59,667 nucleotides of DNA, from contig CANPZK010000001.1 of the NCBI GenBank assembly GCA_947588875.1, positions 1 through 59,667 on the forward strand, read 5' to 3'. Positions 52,839-59,667 of this stretch are shown piece by piece. The stretch's first letter is position 1. Each line of letters opens with the position of its first letter. The position numbers were made by a program, and so were the translations under genes. The stretch is from an uncultured Clostridia bacterium. Lineage in GTDB: Bacteria > Bacillota > Clostridia > Oscillospirales > Acutalibacteraceae. Under the pieces are notes generated by a model. The model saw only the letters and a list, made by a program, of their open reading frames with translations. It ran no database searches and was not told the origin of the DNA.

Positions 52839-53065
52839 GCTGCCGCGCCGGTTTTTCCGAGCTTGTGCGGGAGGATAGAGCTCGGGCGGCGACCCCGCGC
52901 GGACGCGCGGGGGAAAACGCGGCGGGGGCAGGCGTTGACAGTCGAACGGCAAAATTCGGGGCCGCCGCGTTTTTTGCAAATTTCCGCCCCCCGGGCGGAA
53001 ATTTGCCGGTCGCCGCCCGAGCAGCCTGTCGCCCGCACAAAGCCGCGGCGGGCGGACGCGGCAGC
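52839..53065. repeat. Cloverleaf palindromic element, copy 6 (227 bp, inverted relative to copies 1 and 5)
   Basis: Ends GCTGCCGCG/CGCGGCAGC; core 52880-53022 closed by GCTCGGGCGGCGACC/GGTCGCCGCCCGAGC. Confidence 0.9.
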
Positions 53066-53105
53066 AATAGCTTGACCTAAATATAAATGCTTATAGAGGT
53101 AAAAT

Positions 53106-53861
53106 ATGATAAAGGGCTTCATCAATTCAACGGAAAGCTTCGGCTCGGTCGACGGGCCGGGAGTTAGATTTGTCGTGTTTATGCAGGGGTGCAAAATGCG
53201 CTGTAAATATTGCCATAATCCCGATACATGGAGATGTGACGGAGGCAGGGAAATAAGCGCCGACGAGCTTTTGAAAACCGCGTTGCGCTATAAAAGCTAC
53301 TGGGGAGAAAAGGGCGGCATAACCGTCAGCGGCGGCGAGCCGCTTCTTCAAATGGACTTCCTTGTCGAGCTGTGCAAAAAAGCGCGGGAGCGCGGAGTAA
53401 ATACCGCGATAGATACGGCGGGGAACCCATTTAGCAGGGCAGAGCCATTCTTTTCAAAATTCAAAGAGCTGCTTGAATATACGGAGCTTTTTCTTCTTGA
53501 CATAAAGCATATCGACAGCGCGGACCATAAGGCGCTTACGGGCTTCGGAAACGAAAATATATTGGATATGGCGCGGTACCTTTCCGATATAGGCTTTCCG
53601 GTGTGGATAAGACACGTCCTTGTGCCGGGTATAAACGATGATGATTATTCGCTCAACAGACTGCACAAATTTATAAGCACGCTGAAAAATGTAAAAAGAG
53701 TCGAGGTGCTGCCGTATCACAGCCTCGGGCAGATGAAGTATGACGACCTCGGAATAAAATATCCGCTGGAGGGACTTCCCTCGCCGTCAATCGAGAGCTT
53801 AGAGAACGCCCGACGCATATTGCATATAAGAGATTACTGCGGGTTTATAGACGGAGAATAG
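53106..53861 (+). CDS. pflA: Pyruvate formate-lyase activating enzyme
   Basis: ESFGSVDGPG; radical SAM motif CKMRCKYCHNPD; SGGEPL. Confidence 0.97.
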   Translation: MIKGFINSTESFGSVDGPGVRFVVFMQGCKMRCKYCHNPDTWRCDGGREISADELLKTALRYKSYWGEKGGITVSGGEPLLQMDFLVELCKKARERGVNTAIDTAGNPFSRAEPFFSKFKELLEYTELFLLDIKHIDSADHKALTGFGNENILDMARYLSDIGFPVWIRHVLVPGINDDDYSLNRLHKFISTLKNVKRVEVLPYHSLGQMKYDDLGIKYPLEGLPSPSIESLENARRILHIRDYCGFIDGE

Positions 53862-53900
53862 AGGAGATAATTAAGCAGAACAAAAAGAGAGCGCAGGGGC

Positions 53901-53929
53901 TTGACAAGCGCGGGATAATATGATATTAT
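53901..53929 (+). promoter_or_regulatory. tRNA promoter
   Basis: TTGACA-N17-TATTAT with TG extension. Confidence 0.75.
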
Positions 53930-53961
53930 TTTAACCGTTGGAACAAAACCAAGCGGTATTC

Positions 53962-54037
53962 GGGAGCATAGCTCAGCTGGGAGAGCATCTGCCCTACAAG
54001 CAGAGGGTCATAGGTTCGAGCCCTATTACTCCCACCA
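53962..54037 (+). tRNA. tRNA-Val (TAC)
   Basis: 76-nt cloverleaf GGGAGCATAGCTCAG...TCTGC-CCTACAA-GCAGA...GGTTCGAGCC...CCA. Confidence 0.96.
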
Positions 54038-54080
54038 AAAATCGGCAAGACTCGCAGGAGCCTTGCCGATTTTGTTCTTT
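54037..54080. terminator. Terminator between the tRNA and the convergent gene
   Basis: AAAATCGGCAAG/CTTGCCGATTTT. Confidence 0.8.
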
Positions 54081-54132
54081 AATCTTCATTTTTTACTATA
54101 CGTCCGCTTATGAGAATTATTAAAAACAGAGC

Positions 54133-54981
54133 TTAAATTGTTCCGGTTACAGACAAAACGGTTACGCCGGGATTGACTATCCAATTGCCGTTCACTGCGT
54201 CCTGGGTGTACGTCGCGGCAGGAACGGTTATCTGTCCCGCGATAGTTGCAAACTGTCCCGTGGCCGCGTCATAGGTGTAATTTGTGTTCGCCGCCCACGC
54301 CGTTCCGTCGAGCGTTACGCTGATTGGGTCAAGCGCGGGAGTGAATGTGTCGGTCACAACAACGTCGGCGCCCGCGGCAGTGTTTCCGGAGTTCTGAATG
54401 ACAAAGGTGTAGGTGAGCTGACCGTTGTCCGCAACTGTCGTCGGGGATACGGATTTGCTTATAGTCAGATCCGCCACGTTTTCGGCGTTGATGACCTCGC
54501 TCGCGGTAATCGGCGTCGGTATGCCTGCGCCGGAAATTGTCGCGGTGTTTGTTATGCTGCTTCCGGCGCTGAGAGGCGCGTATTGATTGGCCTTCGCCTC
54601 ATATACTATGCTCACGTTGCCGCCGGCAGGAATATTTATTCCCGTTATGGTCAGCGGATTTTGATTTTCGACAGTCGGCGCGCTCTGCAATACTCCGTTC
54701 ACATAATAGTGGATAGAATCCGCGACGTAGGTCAGCGGGACGAGGTTAGTGGCGTTGAACTGATACGAGCCGAGGTTGTCCGCAAGCGTAATATCGGAGA
54801 GCGCTGCGCTTCCCGAGTTCAGTATCGAAATGATATAGGTCACGTCGTCGTTGGCTGTATAGTTGTCCATAACGGCGGTTTTGGTCGCTGTCAGTGGGTC
54901 CAGCAGTTCTCCCGTTGTGATGTTTGACGTAGTGACCTTACCGTTGTATGACAAAGTAGCCTGATTTTGAAATGTTGCCAT
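54133..54981 (-). CDS. DUF11/conserved-repeat-domain protein (two Ig-like units)
   Basis: KTA...DDVTYIISILNSG and LTISKSVSP...LTYTFVIQNSGN...VVTD. Confidence 0.75.
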   Translation of the reverse strand: MATFQNQATLSYNGKVTTSNITTGELLDPLTATKTAVMDNYTANDDVTYIISILNSGSAALSDITLADNLGSYQFNATNLVPLTYVADSIHYYVNGVLQSAPTVENQNPLTITGINIPAGGNVSIVYEAKANQYAPLSAGSSITNTATISGAGIPTPITASEVINAENVADLTISKSVSPTTVADNGQLTYTFVIQNSGNTAAGADVVVTDTFTPALDPISVTLDGTAWAANTNYTYDAATGQFATIAGQITVPAATYTQDAVNGNWIVNPGVTVLSVTGTI

Positions 54982-55085
54982 AATTTATTACCTCCTTGAT
55001 ATTTTATTTCGGGAATTTTTTAATTCCTTCATTTTTATAATATGCCGGAGACTTATGAGCTGACACTGATTTATATTTGTCCAGC

Positions 55086-55313
55086 GCCGCCGCAGGTAAT
55101 ACTCCGCAGCAAAGCCGAGCAAGCGACAGGGGCGCGGGCGGCGACCGGCCCCTTCCCGCCTCCGGCGGGAAGGGGCCGAAAAACGCGGCGTACGGTTCCG
55201 CAGCAAAGGAAAAATCCCCGCGGGCCGCGTTTTTCCGCGCGGCTGCGCCGCGCCGGTCGCCGCCCGCGCCCATATTCCGCAGCGCACAAAGGAAAACAGA
55301 CCGACGCGGCGGC
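55086..55313. repeat. Cloverleaf palindromic element, copy 7 (228 bp)
   Basis: Ends GCCGCCGC/GCGGCGGC; core 55130-55271 closed by GGGCGCGGGCGGCGACC/GGTCGCCGCCCGCGCCC. Confidence 0.9.
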
Positions 55314-55374
55314 TTGCAGGTGCAGAGCCGGAAAGCCGAATTACGGCAAAGAAAAAAGCAGAAAACAAAAAAGC

Positions 55375-55422
55375 AAAAAATAAAACCGCCCAGAGATTCC
55401 ATAACGGGACTCCCAAGGGCGG
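55375..55422 (-). terminator. Terminator after the DUF1893-like gene
   Basis: Minus strand ACCGCCC...GGGCGGTTTTATTTTTT. Confidence 0.7.
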
Positions 55423-55470
55423 TCATATTCGTAAAAATCATTAAATGCAAAAGAGAGTGGGGCGAAAGGC

Positions 55471-55893
55471 TCAGCCCTTGCCCATCTCGGCAAGCCTGCG
55501 CTCAATCGCGTCAAGGGCGGAATCGGGAGAGTCTATCCCCAAAACAGCGCTTTCCATAGGGCAAAAGCCGGATCTGTCGCGGTTGAATATTGCGTCAGCC
55601 AAAACATTGTACTCAGCGCCAATGCCGTTTTCGCACAGAACAGCGTAAGCCGGTCTGCTCATTACATGGGCGTAAACCGAGCGAACGCCGAGAAGCACAT
55701 ACAGAAAAGCCGCCGCCTTGCCGACCACCTTGTCAGCCGCGCTGAAGCGCGAAAAATCGCCGCCGCTTTTCAGCCAAGACAGCAGAGGCTTGACCCCGCG
55801 CTCGTCGCTCGTCAATACAGTGTCGCCGTCGCAGAGAACGCAGGTGAAATCTCCGTCGGAGAGCATCGACGCGGCTCTTGAAAGATCACTCAT
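55471..55893 (-). CDS. DUF1893-family protein
   Basis: RGVKPLL, ADKVVGKAAA and NRDRSGFCPME motifs; start overlaps the stop of the ECF S gene. Confidence 0.82.
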   Translation of the reverse strand: MSDLSRAASMLSDGDFTCVLCDGDTVLTSDERGVKPLLSWLKSGGDFSRFSAADKVVGKAAAFLYVLLGVRSVYAHVMSRPAYAVLCENGIGAEYNVLADAIFNRDRSGFCPMESAVLGIDSPDSALDAIERRLAEMGKG

Positions 55894-56458
55894 CGCGTTT
55901 CCTTGAATTTTCAAGGCGGTAAACGGTAAGCGGTATCAAGGTTAGCTGAAGCGCTATGCCGAAGATGCCCGTTAGCGTGCTCGTCCAAATCGCCGCAACC
56001 CCTATACTGCGGCTGCCGATTCCGAATACGGCGATGAGTATGGCGGCGGCGCGTACGAGTCTGCCGCCGAGCTGGACGATTAGAACCTTAGCGACGGTTG
56101 GAATATTGGCGTTGCGGAGCAGACCGGATATAAGGCCGTAGGAGCAAAGCTCTACCATCATAAACGGGAGCATAGCTAATGACGGCATACCGGAAAGCGC
56201 GAAGCTCGCGACAGGGCCGAGCAGACCGGAAATTGCGCCGGCGTAAGGCCCCGCGAGCAAGCCGACCAGAATTATGGGCAGGTGCATCGGGAGAAACGCC
56301 TCTCCGAGGGCTGTGCCGAGTCCCGATACCGCGCCCATGGCGTGGAAAAGCTGCGGGACGGCAACGGCTGAGATGATTGCGGCAATAGTCATAAGCGTCT
56401 GAGCCTTTATCGAAAGGCGCGGCCTTTCTGCCGCTCTTGAAATTTTTGTGTCATACAT
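55886..56458 (-). CDS. ECF transporter S component
   Basis: About six TMs; FLPMHLPI..VGLLAGP..G...P..S...GMP motif. Confidence 0.85.
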   Translation of the reverse strand: MYDTKISRAAERPRLSIKAQTLMTIAAIISAVAVPQLFHAMGAVSGLGTALGEAFLPMHLPIILVGLLAGPYAGAISGLLGPVASFALSGMPSLAMLPFMMVELCSYGLISGLLRNANIPTVAKVLIVQLGGRLVRAAAILIAVFGIGSRSIGVAAIWTSTLTGIFGIALQLTLIPLTVYRLENSRKRDE

Positions 56459-56537
56459 AATTGTGAGTTCTCCTTTTCTTTTATTTTGCTGTCGGCGCGG
56501 TTAAGCCGCCGCGCCGATTAATATTATTATATTGTAG

Positions 56538-57419
56538 TCAGTCTATGACCTCAAGCGTGTACGAACGGCTCCCGAGCCCGATTTTTTCAGCGTGCTCCAA
56601 AGTCAGCAGACCGTTTCTCGATTCTATCCTTTCAACAAGCGCGGCTCCGTCGCCGTCCTTTTGAGCGTATATGAGATCCACGCACGCCTGGTCGAGAGCT
56701 ACGGGGTCGAGCGACGCGAGAACGCCCACGTCCTGCATCTCAGGCTCTGCGGGGTGACCGTCGCAGTCGCAGTCGACCGAAAGCCTGTTCATTACGTTTA
56801 CATAAGCCATTCTCTCGCCGTGCGACAGATAATCCGAAACGGCCTTTCCCGCCTCAGCCATAGATTTTAGAAATTCGTTTTGCTTGCCGCACCAAGGGTC
56901 GGTTTTGCTCGTGCCGCCGCTGTGTATCCATGCCTTGCCCATGCCCGAGGCGATACCTATGGATATATTCTTTATCGCGCCGCCAAAGCCGCCCATTGCG
57001 TGCCCCTTGAAGTGCGAGAGTATAAGGTACGAGTCGTAGTCGGGGAAGCTCTTGCCGACGAAATTTTCTTTAAGAATTTCTCCGCCGGTCACAGGAATGG
57101 ATATCGAGCCGTTTTCGTCCTGAATGTCAACGTCCGCTATTTCTGTGAAGCCGTGTTCCTTTGCAACCTGCTTGTGGTGAGCGGTGTCGGCGCGCGAGCC
57201 GCCGTATGCGGTGTTGCACTCGACTATGGTGCCGTTTACAGACTGAACAAGCTCCTTTATGAGCGCCGGACGGAGATAATTGCTCGCCGGAGGCTCACCG
57301 GTGGAAACCTTGACTGCAACCCTGCCGCCGAGCGTGCGGCGGAGCTTTTTAAAAACGTCTGTAAGACCCTGCGGTGTGATGCTTGTCGTCATGTAGACGA
57401 TGGGTTTATTTTCGTTCAT
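56538..57419 (-). CDS. DUF362-family (Fe-S-associated) protein
   Basis: VAVKVSTGE, ECNTAYGGSR, SHFKGH.MGGFGGAIKN, VDCDC and SLDPVALDQAC motifs. Confidence 0.85.
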   Translation of the reverse strand: MNENKPIVYMTTSITPQGLTDVFKKLRRTLGGRVAVKVSTGEPPASNYLRPALIKELVQSVNGTIVECNTAYGGSRADTAHHKQVAKEHGFTEIADVDIQDENGSISIPVTGGEILKENFVGKSFPDYDSYLILSHFKGHAMGGFGGAIKNISIGIASGMGKAWIHSGGTSKTDPWCGKQNEFLKSMAEAGKAVSDYLSHGERMAYVNVMNRLSVDCDCDGHPAEPEMQDVGVLASLDPVALDQACVDLIYAQKDGDGAALVERIESRNGLLTLEHAEKIGLGSRSYTLEVID

Positions 57420-57600
57420 TTTGTTCCTCGCTTTCTTTTTACTTTGTCAGGCTTTTGTTTTGTTTAGTTTTGTCAGTTTTAAAAATCCACGCAGGAAAAT
57501 TATAGCATAAAACACATAAAAAATAAATACTGTTTTGATGAATTTTGCCGCACGAAAAATAAAAATAATAGGCAAAGTCGCGCCGACGAGCCGGATTAAT

Positions 57601-58473
57601 TCAGTTTCTAATAAAGGGTTTGTCAATATTTGTGCAGGTTAAAATACCGTATTTTTGTGGGCGGCGGTACGAATTTCCGTGTACTTCTTTTTCGCGGTAA
57701 TTGCGAAGCTGCTCTAAATCAATTTCAGCGATATAGACTCCTTCCTTTTCGTCTGCCTGAAAAATACAGGTGTCGCGTGAATGATTTAGCTCGGGCAAAT
57801 AGGCTACGCCGTCAAATACGCTTGAGCAACCGTTACAGTCCGGTACCGATTCAGGATAGTTGCAGGTTGCGATTGCAGTCATATTCTCATAAGCCCTGGC
57901 GCGGAGCTGTGAAAGACGGTTTATTTCCATGGGACAGGCGTTGGGAACGAGAATTATCTCGGCGCCCTTAAGCATTAAAATCCTTGCGCTTTCCGGGAAT
58001 TCCCTATCATAACAAATCATAGCCCCGACCTTAACCTCGCCGCAAGCCGTATCAAGCGCGGCAACATAAAAATCATCTCCGGGGGTTAAATTTCGCTCAA
58101 CGCTGAAATCGCATGTGTGTACCTTTGCATATGTGAATTTTTGATTTCCAAACCTATCAAAAAGAACCAGTGTGTTGCGCGGAGCGTTGTTGTGCTTTTC
58201 GAGCAATGTAATGCCGATAGCCATATTTAGCTCTCTTGCAAGCGAGCCAAATGTGCGGACAAATTCACTGTCGATTGAAATTGCCTCTGCCTGCCATTCC
58301 TCAACAGGACGGTCATAAATATTATATCCGTTGCTCCACATTTCGGGAAACAGAGCAATATCAGCCCCTTCCTCCTTTGCCGCTTTACAGCTTATAATTC
58401 CCTTCTCAAGGTTTTCCCGCAAGGTTTTGCAAGGCGATATTTGCAATAAGGCGATTTTTAATAAATTCCTCAT
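57601..58473 (-). CDS. Carbon-nitrogen hydrolase (nitrilase superfamily)
   Basis: FPEMW, YAKVH and ICYDREFPE (Glu-Lys-Cys triad). Confidence 0.92.
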   Translation of the reverse strand: MRNLLKIALLQISPCKTLRENLEKGIISCKAAKEEGADIALFPEMWSNGYNIYDRPVEEWQAEAISIDSEFVRTFGSLARELNMAIGITLLEKHNNAPRNTLVLFDRFGNQKFTYAKVHTCDFSVERNLTPGDDFYVAALDTACGEVKVGAMICYDREFPESARILMLKGAEIILVPNACPMEINRLSQLRARAYENMTAIATCNYPESVPDCNGCSSVFDGVAYLPELNHSRDTCIFQADEKEGVYIAEIDLEQLRNYREKEVHGNSYRRPQKYGILTCTNIDKPFIRN

Positions 58474-58560
58474 TTCAATCACCATCTTAACGATAAATCT
58501 TATAAAGCATAATAACACACAGGGATTAAATTGTCCACAAATTTCACCAAGCCTTATTCT

Positions 58561-59349
58561 CTATTCCTTCCTGAATATATCGAGCGTGTGATGAGAGCAG
58601 CCTGTCATATCCTGCCTTTCGCAGACGGCAAGATGATACTTTATATACAGCTCGTACATTCTATCGTCCATTTGGTCTATGACTTCTCTCATATGGTTCG
58701 TATAGCCGTCCGAGGCGACAAAATGGAGCTGAGTAACGTTGAACCTCGAACGGAGCTTATCAATATCCTCCTTCCTGTATAGCTTAAATATATCCCAAGG
58801 CTTTGAAAAGGAATCGAATGTTTCTGTGTTGAGCATACATTTCTCGATAATGTCGTATATTTTCCCGCGGGCAAAGCCGTATGTCAAAACGCTCGCGTCA
58901 CCCATACAATATGCCGCGAAGACCGTGCCGCCTTTCTTTGTCACTCGTATCGCCTCCGACAGGGCTTTTAGCTGTTCCTCGTCGGTGAAGAGATGATACA
59001 TCGGACCGAGCAGCAGGGTAATGTCATAAGTGCCGCTCTCAAAGGCGGACAGATCCACGGCGTCGCCCTGAGTGATCGTAACGGGCTCGTTCTCTAAAGT
59101 GTTCAGTTTGAAAATTTCTATATTATGTTCAATTAGTTCAACCGCGTCAACGCGATAGCCCCGCTGAGCCAACGCGTGACTGTATCGGCCGGTTGCGGTG
59201 CCGATCTCCAGAATTCGCATATCCGGCTTTAGATATCTATCTACATACTTCATGGTAGTGATATATTCCACCATTCCGTGCCGTGAGGTAAGACGAGCAT
59301 TTTCGTCGTACTCGTTGTAATAGCTTGTTAAATATTCTTTTGTTTCCAT
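58561..59349 (-). CDS. Class I SAM-dependent methyltransferase
   Basis: ILEIGTATGRY, GDAVDL and LLLGPMYHL motifs. Confidence 0.9.
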   Translation of the reverse strand: METKEYLTSYYNEYDENARLTSRHGMVEYITTMKYVDRYLKPDMRILEIGTATGRYSHALAQRGYRVDAVELIEHNIEIFKLNTLENEPVTITQGDAVDLSAFESGTYDITLLLGPMYHLFTDEEQLKALSEAIRVTKKGGTVFAAYCMGDASVLTYGFARGKIYDIIEKCMLNTETFDSFSKPWDIFKLYRKEDIDKLRSRFNVTQLHFVASDGYTNHMREVIDQMDDRMYELYIKYHLAVCERQDMTGCSHHTLDIFRKE

Positions 59350-59382
59350 TTTAAAACCTCCTATAAAAAGTATTAAAAATAT

Positions 59383-59429
59383 AAAAACGCAGCGCAGGCT
59401 AAGATTTGCTCATAGCTTGCACTGCGTTT
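59383..59429 (-). terminator. Leader terminator (attenuator) upstream of the methyltransferase
   Basis: Minus strand AAACGCAGTGCAAGCTA/TAGCCTGCGCTGCGTTTTT, about 35 nt before the start codon. Confidence 0.75.
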
Positions 59430-59454
59430 AGCTTAATCATGTCGGAGCTGCGCT

Positions 59455-59568
59455 CTAATTACTTGAATAAGGGTATAGCAATGTAAGCCCGCTGTTCTGC
59501 AAATAATGAGCAGGGACTGCGGACGGCATAACCGGTACATTATTAAAGCGGTCGATATGCCTAAACAT
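59455..59568 (-). CDS. Putative 37-aa leader peptide
   Basis: MFRHIDRFNNVPVMPSAVPAHYLQNSGLTLLYPYSSN* with RBS AGGAGGT, located between a promoter and a terminator. Confidence 0.6.
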   Translation of the reverse strand: MFRHIDRFNNVPVMPSAVPAHYLQNSGLTLLYPYSSN

Positions 59569-59595
59569 TGCCTTACCTCCTGAAGAATTTTTTCT

Positions 59596-59624
59596 ATTAT
59601 ACTTTTCTTTAATTCGGTTGTCAA
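59596..59624 (-). promoter_or_regulatory. Consensus SigA promoter
   Basis: Minus strand TTGACA-N17-TATAAT. Confidence 0.85.
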
Positions 59625-59667
59625 GGAATTTGAGAGAAACGCGATGAATTTTACGGCGGCTCACGGC

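Noticed and set aside
54038-59667. Integrative island at tRNA-Val
   Set aside because: No integrase and no duplicated tRNA 3' end within the window.

Overview
Chromosomal segment of a spore-forming Clostridia-class bacterium. Gene content, a cohesin and X25-like modules suggest an Oscillospiraceae/Ruminococcus-like gut organism (inference). Most genes are housekeeping: groES-groEL with CIRCE, aspS-gatCAB, rsmF-rsmA, queH, iscS-iscU, rnhA, rnj, gdpP-rplI-dnaB-tilS-hpt-ftsH, pflB/pflA and tRNA-Val. Accessory content includes two type II toxin-antitoxin pairs, a NiCo-riboswitch-controlled P-type ATPase, MATE, PAP2, SDR, and the 3' part of a giant sortase-type surface protein broken by two single-base frameshifts. 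I recognised no transposase, integrase, prophage or CRISPR-Cas. The strongest unexplained signal is a family of 7 dispersed intergenic elements that fold into the same four-way-junction cloverleaf. Their stems co-vary and their side arms mostly carry C-GNA-G triloops; five copies extend to 225-241 bp with short terminal inverted repeats. Also notable are an uncalled 56-aa microprotein that is 70% Asn/Gln with its own RBS and terminator, and a candidate leader-peptide attenuator upstream of a methyltransferase. All calls come from reading the sequence and recognising motifs; no searches were run.
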